Assembly (NCBI GenBank): GCA_016432465.1
Contig: CP066690.1
Coordinates: 398,823 to 462,822 of the forward strand
DNA: 64,000 nt
Source of the DNA: Candidatus Sungiibacteriota bacterium
Lineage (GTDB): Bacteria > Patescibacteriota > Minisyncoccia > Sungbacterales > HO2-52-23
Reading direction: 5' to 3'
In this document: one piece after another, positions 18,993 to 29,002 of the stretch
Layout of the letters: the number at the start of each line of letters is the position of its first letter
Numbering within the stretch: position 1 is the first letter of the stretch
Translations under genes and position numbers: made by a program
The notes under the pieces: model-generated
Told to the model about the DNA's origin: nothing
What the model saw: only the letters and a program-made list of their open reading frames with translations
Database searches by the model: none

Positions 18993-19814
18993 ATGCCGCA
19001 GTTTGAAGATTTTGGAGGAAAATTGCCGTTCTTTTTGAGGCGGCGCCAAGAGCAACAACCGAAGCAGGAAACATCATCTGAACGCCTTCAGCGTTTTATT
19101 GAGTTTGCCGCCTCCGAACTACGTCAAGAAGGAATAGCCGTTGACCAGAATTGCCGTATTGATATGGAGGCCTTTGCGGGTGTTTACTCCGCCCGGGTAA
19201 TTGCCGAAGACAAACAGGAAATTGAAAGAATGAAGGAGAAATGGCAGAAAAACATAGCTGGTGAGATCAAAGATAGTGAAGAATTTGAGAAATTAAAAAC
19301 TGCTATATTCTATAAAAACCTTAGGAACCACTTTGTGGTGGCCCGGGCTTCGCGATACGACGACATTAAAAATGGAGTGGACAACGTAATTATAGATAAA
19401 GAAAGCGGGGCCGTGGTCTGCGCCTTTGATGAGGTCGGGCAAACTTCCGGCAGCGACTATGAGGAGAAAAACCGCCGCATTCACGAAAAAAATGTCCATG
19501 AGCGCGGCGCAAAGCTGAAATACGGGATTATTTTTGAAACAGGCGGGAATCGTCCTACACCGAAACTGGAAAGACTTGATCATATACCAATTTTTTATCT
19601 CGCCCTTCCCCCAGCACACATCAGCGAGGGGCTAAGGAAATTTGATCCGGCCCTAGAACAGCAGTCCGACTACGAACAAAACCTTTTTACGTTTTTTATT
19701 GCCTCGCTTGAACAACAAATACAAAATCTTGAGCTTAAATCGCGGCAGCTTGCTGAACCTCTTCGGACGCGACTTAGTAAGTTCAGCGGCGCCCTTAAAA
19801 AACTGAAAAAGTAA
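18993..19814 (+). CDS. Hypothetical protein
   Basis: 273-aa ORF directly after gyrB with no recognisable motif. Confidence 0.4.
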   Translation: MPQFEDFGGKLPFFLRRRQEQQPKQETSSERLQRFIEFAASELRQEGIAVDQNCRIDMEAFAGVYSARVIAEDKQEIERMKEKWQKNIAGEIKDSEEFEKLKTAIFYKNLRNHFVVARASRYDDIKNGVDNVIIDKESGAVVCAFDEVGQTSGSDYEEKNRRIHEKNVHERGAKLKYGIIFETGGNRPTPKLERLDHIPIFYLALPPAHISEGLRKFDPALEQQSDYEQNLFTFFIASLEQQIQNLELKSRQLAEPLRTRLSKFSGALKKLKK

Positions 19815-19820
19815 AGTAGC

Positions 19821-19849
19821 TTGACAAGTGGTCCGTCCTTATCTATGCT
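19821..19849 (+). promoter_or_regulatory. Sigma70-like promoter (TTGACA-17-TATGCT) for secE
   Basis: ttgaca agtggtccgtccttatc tatgct lies about 45 nt upstream of secE. Confidence 0.55.
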
Positions 19850-19892
19850 GGATATAGAAAGGGGCCCGCGGGCCTTTTAAAAAGGCCGAAAA

Positions 19893-20075
19893 ATGAATAA
19901 ATTTATAACTTTCATAAAAGAATCACGGCTGGAACTCCAAAAAGTTACCTGGCCTACCCGTGAAGAAACTATCCGCTACACCATGACGGTTGTTGTTATT
20001 AGTGCGGTGGTGGCCATATTTTTGGGCGGTCTTGATTACATTTTTCAGTTTATTCTTAATAAGTTTATTTTATAA
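19893..20075 (+). CDS. secE: Preprotein translocase subunit SecE
   Basis: 60 aa; the motif ELQKVTWPTREETIRYT plus a C-terminal TM helix, and it lies upstream of nusG. Confidence 0.8.
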   Translation: MNKFITFIKESRLELQKVTWPTREETIRYTMTVVVISAVVAIFLGGLDYIFQFILNKFIL

Positions 20076-20079
20076 AAAT

Positions 20080-20466
20080 ATGCCCGAAAAAGAATTTGGT
20101 CAAAGAGAGGGTGGACTGCCATCCTATGATGAGGGAGAAGAAATACAGCGATTACTTGGGGGACCGTATCGGGAAAAATTTGTGCCGTCAGAAGAAATAC
20201 CCGATCCTAATGCTGCCATCCCGGGACAAACTGAAGAAAAAGAAGAACGACAGAAACGAGAATGGCTATTCGCTGAATTCAGCACCCTTACCGAAGAAAT
20301 GAAAACCACAATCCGCAAACAACTCCAAGAAGCAATTAAAGCACGGCCGGATTTAGATACATTTGCGACCGCTAAGTTTCTAATAGAGGGCGCCGTAAAA
20401 CAGGCCGAAGAGGAAGAGGAAGAAAGGAAAAGAAAGAAGGGTTGGAAAAGAAGTTCTCGAAACTAA
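20080..20466 (+). CDS. Hypothetical acidic protein inserted between secE and nusG
   Basis: In frame with the longer 19990 ORF, but the ATG at 20080 follows the secE stop. Glu-rich and low complexity. Confidence 0.4.
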   Translation: MPEKEFGQREGGLPSYDEGEEIQRLLGGPYREKFVPSEEIPDPNAAIPGQTEEKEERQKREWLFAEFSTLTEEMKTTIRKQLQEAIKARPDLDTFATAKFLIEGAVKQAEEEEEERKRKKGWKRSSRN

Positions 20467-20493
20467 ATAGATAGCTCCAAAATTTCGACAAAT

Positions 20494-21039
20494 ATGCCAA
20501 AACAAACATCGGAATTTGGCAGGAACTGGTACGCCGTGCACACTTATTCCGGATACGAAGACGCAGTGGCGCGAAACTTAAAACAGCGTATTGAGTCTAT
20601 GGGCATGGAGGATAAAATTTTTAATGTCCTCGTTCCTGTTGAAAAAAAGATAAAAATTAAAAATGGAAAAAGAAGGACGGTGGAAGAGAAAATCTACCCG
20701 GGTTATGTTTTGGTGGAAATGGTGGTAACCGACGACTCTTGGTACGTGGTACGAAACACCCCGCGCGTAACCGGGTTTGTGGGCGCGGGCACCACTCCTG
20801 CTCCGCTTTCCCAAGAAGAGATTGATGTCCTGCTCAAACGCATGGGACAAGAAGAGCCTAAATTCAAGATTGAGGTCAACGTCGGGGATCCGGTAAAAAT
20901 TATTGATGGTCCGTTTAAGGACTTTGACGGAAAAGTGGCCGAAGTTGATCAGGAGCGAGGGAAAATTAAGGTGTTAGTAAATATGTTTGGGCGCGACACG
21001 CCGGTGGAGTTGGATTCGCTGCAGATAAAGAAACTGTAA
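20494..21039 (+). CDS. nusG: Transcription termination/antitermination factor NusG
   Basis: NGN domain (WYAVHTYSGYE) and KOW motif (GDPVKIIDGPFKDFDGKV). Confidence 0.9.
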   Translation: MPKQTSEFGRNWYAVHTYSGYEDAVARNLKQRIESMGMEDKIFNVLVPVEKKIKIKNGKRRTVEEKIYPGYVLVEMVVTDDSWYVVRNTPRVTGFVGAGTTPAPLSQEEIDVLLKRMGQEEPKFKIEVNVGDPVKIIDGPFKDFDGKVAEVDQERGKIKVLVNMFGRDTPVELDSLQIKKL

Positions 21040-21072
21040 TTGTTTTATGTTAAATGTTCTAGGTTGATGTTT

Positions 21073-21221
21073 ATCCCCCCACCTTCCCAGAATACCCTAC
21101 AGCTTGGTCTACTCCGCCGAAGCAGCCAGCTCACGCTGCGAAGGCTGGACTGCGGGGATGAATGGGCGTCGTAGAAATCCTTCCCGCGGGGTCCAATACC
21201 CAACTGGGAAGGTGGGGGGAT
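21073..21221. repeat. 18-bp perfect inverted repeat pair (atccccccaccttcccag / ctgggaaggtggggggat) enclosing about 113 nt
   Basis: Bases 21073-21090 and 21204-21221 are exact reverse complements of each other. The same tcccccacc/ggtggggga ends are seen at 10496/10631 and 40960/40989. Confidence 0.7.
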
Positions 21222-21243
21222 TTATTGTTCTAAGTTCAAGTTA

Positions 21244-21618
21244 ATGGCAACCGGACTAGAAAACCTTTGGGTCTATAAGCTTGCCGAGGATTTAGAAATT
21301 CTTGTCTACGAAATTACTAAGGGCTTCCCAAGAGATGAGTTTTACAGAAGTATCGACCAACTGAAAAGATCTTCGGCCTCTGTCGCAAATAATATCGCGG
21401 AATCCTATCATAAGTCATCCGCAAAAGAGAAAATACGTTTTATAGATATCGCCATGGGAGAGGCCGAGGAAACCAAAAGAAATCTCATAAGATCGTTTCG
21501 CAAGGGTTTCGTTAAGGAGGATAGTAAGCAGATCGTTGATGAATACACAAAACTACTTAATGGACTCGGTGCTTATAGAAAATTCCTCTTGCTTGGAAAG
21601 ATAAAACCTAAACCTTAA
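21244..21618 (+). CDS. Four-helix-bundle protein (23S rRNA intervening-sequence protein family)
   Basis: The pattern VYKLAEDLEILVYEITKGFPRDEFYRSIDQLKRSSASVANNIAESY matches the TIGR02436-type family. The gene is inserted between nusG and rplK. Confidence 0.7.
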   Translation: MATGLENLWVYKLAEDLEILVYEITKGFPRDEFYRSIDQLKRSSASVANNIAESYHKSSAKEKIRFIDIAMGEAEETKRNLIRSFRKGFVKEDSKQIVDEYTKLLNGLGAYRKFLLLGKIKPKP

Positions 21619-21664
21619 CCAAAAACATTAAACCTTAACTTAAAACATTGGACATAAAACCAAA

Positions 21665-22087
21665 ATGGCTAAACTAGTAAAAACAATTATCAAACTCCAA
21701 ATTCCTGCCGGCAAAGCTACTCCCGCGCCGCCCGTAGGCACCGCCCTCGGACCGCACGGAGTAAATATCGGGGAGTTTGTAAAAAAATATAATGACGCCA
21801 CCGCCCAGATGGAAGGCGACGTTGTGCCGGTGGAAATTACGGTCTACGAGGACCGAACTTTTGATTTTAAACTAAAAACCCCGCCTGCTTCGGATCTTTT
21901 AAGAAAAGCGGCCTCGGTGGAAAAGGGTTCTGGGGAGCCGAATAAAAATAAAGTAGGCAGTGTAACACATGCCGATATTCGTAAAATAGCGGAGCGCAAA
22001 CTGGAGGACCTCAACGCCGAAACTATTGAAGCGGCAGAAAAGATTGTGGAGGGCACAGCCCGCTCCATGGGCATTGAGGTGAAATAA
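21665..22087 (+). CDS. rplK: 50S ribosomal protein L11
   Basis: [43 protein letters not shown] is the canonical L11 N-terminus. Confidence 0.9.
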   Translation: MAKLVKTIIKLQIPAGKATPAPPVGTALGPHGVNIGEFVKKYNDATAQMEGDVVPVEITVYEDRTFDFKLKTPPASDLLRKAASVEKGSGEPNKNKVGSVTHADIRKIAERKLEDLNAETIEAAEKIVEGTARSMGIEVK

Positions 22088-22106
22088 TAAAACTTGCGTT
22101 TTAAAA

Positions 22107-22140
22107 AAGAAGCCTATAGAATTAAAGGGCTTCTTTAAAA
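22107..22140 (+). terminator. Hairpin terminator-like element after rplK
   Basis: aaagaagcc-tatagaattaaag-ggcttcttt followed by aaaa. Confidence 0.4.
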
Positions 22141-22153
22141 GTGGGGGCAGGAC

Positions 22154-23230
22154 ATGCCAGACCTGACCGAGGAACTTGATGCCCTTCAAAAAATTGAGGA
22201 CGATATTCAAAAATCCGCCCAGAATGAAAAACAAACCAGAGAAGCGTTGGATAAAAGCTGTAAAGAGCTTAAGGACAGAGCAGGGGCCGCTAGACGAAAA
22301 CTTATCGAGCGCATAAAGGGGGGCGAAACAACGGGCGATTCTATAAAAGACTTGGTGTTGGTAAGATATGGAGTTTTGGACGAAGAAAGAGAAAAGGTTT
22401 TCCGCGGGATTAACGAAAGACTCAAAAACCACCCCGGAGAATTTATTTTGATTCTTGAATGTCGCGAAGACACCTCTTGCTGCCACCCGCATCGACCCCA
22501 CAATGAGCTATGTTACCACCTTGAGATAGAAATTTTCTTAGGTGTACTAACAACGACCACTCCGGCGTTGATTCTGAATAGCCGCGACGGGTCCTGCGCC
22601 CTGCCAACAGTAAAATACGTGTACTGGCGCAACCAGTCTCTGTCGCAAAAACCAGAACTTAAAAAGGGAAACGTAAAGTTTGGTGGGTGGTATGATTTGG
22701 GCAACGATCTTGATCAGATCCTTAGACGTGAATCTATTGCCCGGAACTGGCAGGAACCCCTAAAAAAGTTAGAGATCTTTATTGGAGACGTGGAAGTTGT
22801 AGGCTGGTTTAGGGAGCCGGCACGACAACAAGCCCGTGACTCACACTACAGTGAGGCCTGCAAACTTCTGGGCCGCACAGCTACCGAGCTTCCTGAAGTA
22901 AAAGAGGAACTTGCACGGCATCAGACAAGAACAATTGAAGCCCTTATTAAACTTAGTCACGAACGCCTAATACTGTCTGCAGAGGTCGGCCTTTTGTATA
23001 GACGAGAAGGAGAAATACCGCTGGGAGGTGTAAATGTTGATACAATCTGTGTACCCGATAAAACCAATCCCCTTACAGCAACAATATTGCTACGTCAGCA
23101 GTTGGCTAAAGTTGAAGAAAATCTCATAAAAGAACTGGAAACCGCAGTAACTCTTGGTCTGGGAGATACACCCTCTATAAAAGAACTCTGTCGTCAGTTT
23201 GAAATTAAACTGTCGCAGCCGTCGAGCTAA
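22154..23230 (+). CDS. Hypothetical protein occupying the position where rplA normally follows rplK
   Basis: 358-aa ORF with a coiled-coil N-terminus and a Cys/His cluster CCHPHRPHNELCYH. It has no similarity to L1. Confidence 0.45.
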   Translation: MPDLTEELDALQKIEDDIQKSAQNEKQTREALDKSCKELKDRAGAARRKLIERIKGGETTGDSIKDLVLVRYGVLDEEREKVFRGINERLKNHPGEFILILECREDTSCCHPHRPHNELCYHLEIEIFLGVLTTTTPALILNSRDGSCALPTVKYVYWRNQSLSQKPELKKGNVKFGGWYDLGNDLDQILRRESIARNWQEPLKKLEIFIGDVEVVGWFREPARQQARDSHYSEACKLLGRTATELPEVKEELARHQTRTIEALIKLSHERLILSAEVGLLYRREGEIPLGGVNVDTICVPDKTNPLTATILLRQQLAKVEENLIKELETAVTLGLGDTPSIKELCRQFEIKLSQPSS

Positions 23231-23289
23231 GCTTGGCGGTTTTATTTTTTTATGCTAAACTTAACATGGTTTTTCTTGGGGGAGAATGG

Positions 23290-23922
23290 ATGATTCGCAT
23301 TGTCACTCTTACTGGCGCGTCTGGTTCTGGGAAATCTACCATTATAAAAGGAGTTTTGTCCGGCATACCGCGTCTGGTGGAGCTTGTTCGCAGCACCACA
23401 ACTCGTCTAAAACGCCCCAGTGATTTGGACGGCGAGTATGAATACATTTCCCGGCCCAAATTTGACGCTTGGGAAAAAAATGGCGTGTTTCTCTGGACAG
23501 TTGAAATGGTTGGGGTGGGCGACGAAAAGTACGGAACGCTTAAAACCCTTGTTGATTTTATCCTTAATAACCCCAAAGGAAAAATCGGCTTAATGCTCCT
23601 TAAGCCAGAAGCCGTGCTCACGCTTAAGTCCTATACCGAAGCAAAACTTGGCCAACAAGCATCAACTAAAATTGACAGCATCTTCATTAACTCTCCGCCC
23701 ACGGGCATACTGCGCGAGCGTATGCTAAAACGCGGGGATTCGGAAAAGTCAGTTGAGCGGCGCCTTGAAGAGTGCAAAGACTGGGACCACATTGCCCACA
23801 CCTCAAGAACTCCGGCCGGCGAAAGAACCATCAACCACTTCATAGACAACCATGAAGGCAGAGAAAATTTGGCCGTAGCTCACGTAATCCTTAGGATCCT
23901 GGAGCTAAGAAGACATGTTTGA
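23290..23922 (+). CDS. Guanylate-kinase-like P-loop nucleoside monophosphate kinase
   Basis: Walker A GASGSGKST, then STTTRLKRPSDLDGEYEYISRPKFDAWEKNGVFLW...YGT resembling Gmk. The RBS gggggag precedes the ATG at 23290. Confidence 0.6.
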   Translation: MIRIVTLTGASGSGKSTIIKGVLSGIPRLVELVRSTTTRLKRPSDLDGEYEYISRPKFDAWEKNGVFLWTVEMVGVGDEKYGTLKTLVDFILNNPKGKIGLMLLKPEAVLTLKSYTEAKLGQQASTKIDSIFINSPPTGILRERMLKRGDSEKSVERRLEECKDWDHIAHTSRTPAGERTINHFIDNHEGRENLAVAHVILRILELRRHV

Positions 23923-24002
23923 TCCCGCCAGAAGCGGGATCTTGTTTTTTGTAGAAAATTATTGCAGAATAACCATGTTCTTTAAAATCCAATGGGTGGA
24001 CT

Positions 24003-25622
24003 ATGCCACAAGATACGGGCTTTCTGCGGCCTGACGAGCTGCCGGATCTTCTTGCGAATTACTTGGAGAATTTAAATGACCCCGGAAAATTTCCCTTTAC
24101 CCGCGGAATCTATCCTTCCATGTATCGCGGGAAAAAACCCACCCTGCGGCAATTTGCGGGACACGGCCTGGCCCAAGACACCAATGAACGTTTTAAGACA
24201 ATCTTGGGTCTGGGCGGCGGCGGTCTTTCGGTTGCTTTTGATCTTCCTACGCTCATGGGGAAAGACCCGGACGACCCTCTGTCTCTGGGAACCGTGGGGA
24301 GCGAGGGTGTGGCCGTAACAACGCTGTATGACATGGAAAAACTTTTTGAAGGAATTCCCATTGATCAGATAACCGTCTCCATGACCATAAACGCTCCGGC
24401 TCCGATTATTTTTGCAATGTACATCGTGGCGGCAGAAAAACGCGGTGTAGCGCGAGCCCTCCTCGGGGGAACAATCCAAAACGATATCCTCAAAGAATAC
24501 ATCGCCCAAAAAGAGTGGCTTTTTCCTGTTGAAAAAGGAGTAAAATTCGCGGTTGATCCTATGGAATTTTGCGCCCGTCACATGCCTAAATGGCACCCCG
24601 TATCCATAAGCGGCTATCATATTCGGGAAGCGGGATCAAACGCGCTGCAGGAACTTGCCTATACTCTGGCCGACGGCATGTGTTACGTAGAAAAGTGCCT
24701 CGCCAGAGGACTGCGCCTTGAAGAGTTTGCTCCCCGCCTTTCTTTCTTTTTTGACGTCCACAATAATTTTTTTGAGGAGATTGCCAAACTTCGTGCCAGC
24801 CGCCGCCTGTGGGCAAAAATACTACGCGAGCGCTACCATGCCCCCCTTCCGGAATCATACGAAAATACCAAGGATCCGCGGCTGCAATCACTTTGGTGCA
24901 GAATCCATGCGCAAACCGCGGGATGCACCCTGACGCTTCAGGAACCAATGAATAATATCGTAAGGGTGGCGTATCAGGCGCTCGCCGCAATTCTGGGCGG
25001 AGCGCAGAGTGTGCATACCAACTCTTTTGACGAGGTTATTTGTACGCCCACAGAGAAGGCGCTGCGCCTTGCCATCCGCACCCAACAGATTCTGGTGCAT
25101 GAAACCGAAATCTGCGATTGGGTTGACCCCCTGGGCGGATCATGGCTGGTTGAATCTCTCACCGATAAACTGGAACAAAAAGCAAGAGAAGAAATTGCAT
25201 TGATTTACCGAAACCACGGGGGAATGGAGGGCGCAGTAAAGGCCTCCTACCCGCAAAGACAAATTGCCCGCGAGGCATATTATGACCAGAGGCGAGTGGA
25301 AAGAGGAGAACGAAAAGTTATCGGGGTCAACACTGCGGTTAACATAACACAGGAAGACGAGTTAGCAGATGTCCGTCGCGAGCTTCAAAAACGACGCGGT
25401 TTTGAAGAGCTCCATATTGAAAACGTAAGACGCATCAGGGCCGAACGCTCGCAGGAGGCAGTAGCGCGGGCGCTGGATGAGATAAGACGCGCTGCCGAAA
25501 CTAATTTGAACCTCATGCCCGTCCTGATTGAGGCCGTAAAAACTTATGCTACCTTAGGCGAGATTTGCCATGCGCTTCAGGACGTTTGGGGTTCTTATCA
25601 GGAACGGGAAACCCCCTACTAA
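24003..25622 (+). CDS. Methylmalonyl-CoA mutase family, large-subunit catalytic (substrate-binding) domain
   Basis: FTRGIYPSMYRGKKPTLRQFAGHG...GGGGLSVAFDLPTLMGKDPDDP is the MCM N-terminal signature. No B12-binding domain is found in the 539-aa ORF. Confidence 0.8.
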   Translation: MPQDTGFLRPDELPDLLANYLENLNDPGKFPFTRGIYPSMYRGKKPTLRQFAGHGLAQDTNERFKTILGLGGGGLSVAFDLPTLMGKDPDDPLSLGTVGSEGVAVTTLYDMEKLFEGIPIDQITVSMTINAPAPIIFAMYIVAAEKRGVARALLGGTIQNDILKEYIAQKEWLFPVEKGVKFAVDPMEFCARHMPKWHPVSISGYHIREAGSNALQELAYTLADGMCYVEKCLARGLRLEEFAPRLSFFFDVHNNFFEEIAKLRASRRLWAKILRERYHAPLPESYENTKDPRLQSLWCRIHAQTAGCTLTLQEPMNNIVRVAYQALAAILGGAQSVHTNSFDEVICTPTEKALRLAIRTQQILVHETEICDWVDPLGGSWLVESLTDKLEQKAREEIALIYRNHGGMEGAVKASYPQRQIAREAYYDQRRVERGERKVIGVNTAVNITQEDELADVRRELQKRRGFEELHIENVRRIRAERSQEAVARALDEIRRAAETNLNLMPVLIEAVKTYATLGEICHALQDVWGSYQERETPY

Positions 25623-25730
25623 CTAAAGGTCTTAGAAACCCCCACCACTTGGGGGTTTTGACTTATTGGTAAAGTTATTTAACAATGAGCCGGGGCGCGA
25701 ATAAGCTCTGATTGGAAAGGGGGAGATGGC

Positions 25731-26900
25731 ATGGACTTTAGTTTTACGGACGAGCAGCGAGCCATACAAAAATCCGTTCGTGAGTTTGTGGAACGCAACT
25801 TCCGAAAAGAACTCGTTGAGGAGTACGAACTTAAAGATGCGGAAAGTACGTCTTGGCCCTGGAAGCTCTTTGAAAAAATGGTTGAGGAACTGGGGGTTCA
25901 GGCAGCACCCATCCCCGAAGCATACGGTGGTCTGGGATTAGATACCGTAACATCAACCCTAATTATGGAGGAACTCTCCCGGGGGTGGACCGCCTTTGCT
26001 CTTTCGGCCTTTGCCGTTCCTTGTTCCCTTTACGCCTTCCCTATTTATACGTTCGGAACAATCAATCAGGCCGAACGTTTTGTTCTACCCCTAGTCAAAG
26101 GAGAAATTTTGGGCGGTTTTGCGCTAACCGAACCCAATGCCGGATCCTGGGCTGCTAACCAGCAAACCCGGGCCGAGCGCTACAGCAACGACGAGTATAG
26201 ACTAAATGGCACCAAAACATTTATTACCAACTGCGGTCTTGCCCAATACTATGTGGTGTTTGCCAGAACCGATTTTGTGCCCGGAAAACTTCATCAAGGA
26301 ATCTCCTGTTTTGTGGTGGACGGATGCAGGGCCGGTGTTGCCTCGCTTCCCATCAAAAAGTGGGGACAGAAAGCTTCACCCTTTGGAGAATTGGTTCTAA
26401 CCGATTGTTTTGTGTCCAAAGAAAATTTGATTGGAAAAGAGGGTGAAGGGTATAAAATCGCCATGGCCACTCTTGATAACGGACGCGTTTTCATTGCCGC
26501 CCAAGCTCTGGGTATTGCTCAAGCCGCTTATGAGGAGGCGCTTGGTTATGCCAACCAACGAATTGTTTTTGGAGAAAAATTAAGTTCCCTGCAGCTTACG
26601 CAGGAAAAAATTGCCGACATGCGGGTGAAACTTGAGGCATCACGCCTCCTAACCTACAAAGCCGCGTGGCTCAAAGATCAAGGACTGCCTTTTTCGGAGG
26701 AGGCCTCCATCGCCAAACTTTACGCTTCCGAATGTGCTTGCCAAATTGCGGATAGCGCCATACAGCTTCATGGCGGCTATGGCTACACTAAAGAATTTGC
26801 CGCAATGCGTTTGTGGATTGAAGCGCGGGCTCTGCCGCTTTACGAGGGCACCTCGGAAGTTCAACGTCTCAAGATTGCAAGAAAAAATATCTGTGAGTAA
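25731..26900 (+). CDS. Acyl-CoA dehydrogenase
   Basis: ACAD architecture: EAYGGLGLD, FALTEPNAGS and a C-terminal helical domain with QLHGGYGYTKEF. Confidence 0.85.
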   Translation: MDFSFTDEQRAIQKSVREFVERNFRKELVEEYELKDAESTSWPWKLFEKMVEELGVQAAPIPEAYGGLGLDTVTSTLIMEELSRGWTAFALSAFAVPCSLYAFPIYTFGTINQAERFVLPLVKGEILGGFALTEPNAGSWAANQQTRAERYSNDEYRLNGTKTFITNCGLAQYYVVFARTDFVPGKLHQGISCFVVDGCRAGVASLPIKKWGQKASPFGELVLTDCFVSKENLIGKEGEGYKIAMATLDNGRVFIAAQALGIAQAAYEEALGYANQRIVFGEKLSSLQLTQEKIADMRVKLEASRLLTYKAAWLKDQGLPFSEEASIAKLYASECACQIADSAIQLHGGYGYTKEFAAMRLWIEARALPLYEGTSEVQRLKIARKNICE

Positions 26901-27019
26901 AAAATTGTCCCGCTTACAGCAGGACGGCTTTTTAAATGCCTGTGCATAACTTTCATTGACGCCTATTACTCCGACTCCTAACCTAAAGTAAGCAACTTTA
27001 CTAAGAAGGGAGAAAGAAC

Positions 27020-27550
27020 ATGCGCGAGCAGCTGCGCGATACTGTATTTTGGGTTGTCACTCTTCTACATAGCGTCTTGGGAACTTGCAATCGCCTGCGT
27101 ACGGCATCGAGCGCCGAGAAAGACAAACGTCTTTATGGTTTTGGTTATAACGGCTCTCTCCCCGGACTCCCTCACTGCGATGACGTGGGACACCTGCTGA
27201 TTGAGGGGCATTGTTTACGGACGCGCCACGGCGAGAGAAACCTTATTGATAATACCCAAGATGAACATTTACGAGGATCACGGGTAAGAGTAATTGCCAC
27301 TCCTTGCATTAACTGCGTAAAAGACCTTGCCGCCAAAGAAGTTCGTGAGATCTTCTTTACCGGAAGCTACGCCAACGCCCTCGGGAAAGAGTTTATTGAA
27401 GAGATCTGCGCTCAAAAAGAAATTGCCCTGCAGCAAGTTCCCGTTGACTGGCAGGAAGCGCTGCAGACGATTTTGGACCGTCTGTCCGAACCGGGTGGAA
27501 TTTTATATAATTCGGGGTACAAACTCCGGGTGGTAAAAGAAAAATTATGA
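27020..27550 (+). CDS. dCMP/cytidine deaminase-like zinc-binding protein
   Basis: RHGERN...VIATPCINCVKDLAAKEVREIFF resembles the HxE / PCxxC deaminase motifs. Confidence 0.55.
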   Translation: MREQLRDTVFWVVTLLHSVLGTCNRLRTASSAEKDKRLYGFGYNGSLPGLPHCDDVGHLLIEGHCLRTRHGERNLIDNTQDEHLRGSRVRVIATPCINCVKDLAAKEVREIFFTGSYANALGKEFIEEICAQKEIALQQVPVDWQEALQTILDRLSEPGGILYNSGYKLRVVKEKL

Positions 27551-28128
27551 GACCTAGACTAATCATTGGCCTTTTAGGGCAAAAGGGCGCCGGAAAGGGC
27601 CTGCTGGTTAAGACTGTTTCCAAATTGCTGCCGCAACATCGCGTTGCGGCACTTCGTTTTTCTGACCCCTTGCGTGAAATTGTTTCCATCCTCGGAAAAG
27701 AAGAATCCAGAGAAAATCTGCAGGCCTTGGGCACGGCGCTGCGCAATGCCTTTGGAGAAGAGGGGGTATTAAATTCGGCGCTTAGGGTGCGGCTGGAAAA
27801 ACTTGACGCTGATATTGTCTTTTTTGACGGCATAAGAAAACAAAAAGAGGCGGAATTTATAAAGGAGCTGGGCGGCATACTTATTTTTATAGACGCCAGT
27901 GAGGAACTGCGCTTTAAAAGACGTTGCCTTAACGCCGAAAACGCGGATGAGGAGGGAATGACGCGGGAACAATTTCAAAAACAGGAGCTTGCGCCAACCG
28001 AGACCACCATCAGAACCATAGCCAACACCATGGCCGATACTGTTATTATTAACAACGGCACAATTGAGGAACTTGAAGAAAAAGCAAAATTACTCTTAAA
28101 TACCCATATCCACCCTAAGCTGGCTTAG
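27547..28128 (+). CDS. P-loop (d)NMP-kinase-like protein
   Basis: Walker A GLLGQKGAGKG; the start overlaps the upstream stop. Confidence 0.5.
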   Translation: MRPRLIIGLLGQKGAGKGLLVKTVSKLLPQHRVAALRFSDPLREIVSILGKEESRENLQALGTALRNAFGEEGVLNSALRVRLEKLDADIVFFDGIRKQKEAEFIKELGGILIFIDASEELRFKRRCLNAENADEEGMTREQFQKQELAPTETTIRTIANTMADTVIINNGTIEELEEKAKLLLNTHIHPKLA

Positions 28129-28137
28129 GAGAAACAA

Positions 28138-28926
28138 ATGGTACCCAATCCCTATCCCGGAAAATTTATCGTGCTGGAGGGTGTTGACGGCTCGGGTAAA
28201 ACAACCCAAACAGAACTTCTGGTTAACCACATTAGAAATGATGGCCTCGCTGTACTCAAAACCAAAGAGCCAACCGCCGACGGCATTTTCGGAAAACTGG
28301 TACGCTTCATTTATACCTGCGAGTCCCGATATGGGGGACTGCCGACTGAACTTGAAAAATGTATAAACGCCCCCACTTATCAGTTGATACGCGAAATGTC
28401 CGAGGAGGCCGCGCAACGCCGCCTAAAAGAGTTTGAAGATATTGCCGTTGAGTTAAAACAGGCAAATCACAATCGTCTTCCAAGATTGCTGCAGCTGGGC
28501 ATGACTTTTGACGGACATGATCATATGGTACGCGAAATTATTCCTGCTCTGGGGCAAGGAATAAATGTTATTTCCGATCGCTGGAGATTTTCCACCCCCG
28601 CTTATGCCGCAGCAGACGGTATGCGGTGGCGCGACTTCTGGATCCTGCAGGAGGAAATTCTGAAAGGGACGCTCATCAAACCGGATCTGGTTTTATTTTT
28701 GGAAATACCGGTAAGGGTTGGTTTGGAACGCTCGCTGGCCAAACAAGGTGGCCGGACAGAGTACTTTGATACCGCAGAAAGGATGGATAAAATCCAAAAA
28801 GCTTATCGCGACCTCTTCTTTGGTCTTAGCCTAGAATCCCTACTGGTTCAGAAACTGGACGGAACGCCGTCTCCGGAAATAGTACACAATCAAATCTGGC
28901 GCATGACAGAACCGCTTCTGACCTAA
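28138..28926 (+). CDS. tmk: Thymidylate kinase
   Basis: FIVLEGVDGSGKTTQ is the Tmk P-loop, with a downstream TKEPT region. Confidence 0.8.
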   Translation: MVPNPYPGKFIVLEGVDGSGKTTQTELLVNHIRNDGLAVLKTKEPTADGIFGKLVRFIYTCESRYGGLPTELEKCINAPTYQLIREMSEEAAQRRLKEFEDIAVELKQANHNRLPRLLQLGMTFDGHDHMVREIIPALGQGINVISDRWRFSTPAYAAADGMRWRDFWILQEEILKGTLIKPDLVLFLEIPVRVGLERSLAKQGGRTEYFDTAERMDKIQKAYRDLFFGLSLESLLVQKLDGTPSPEIVHNQIWRMTEPLLT

Positions 28927-29002
28927 CTTATCCACAACCCTCCCTTGAGGGTTGTTTTCCATCTATGCTACTCTGGCACAAGCACATTAAGAGGAAAACA
29001 CC

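Noticed and set aside
19990-20079. N-terminal 30 codons of ORF 19990..20466, overlapping secE out of frame
   Set aside because: The hydrophobic nonsense prefix overlaps secE. The ATG at 20080, right after the secE stop, is the sensible start.
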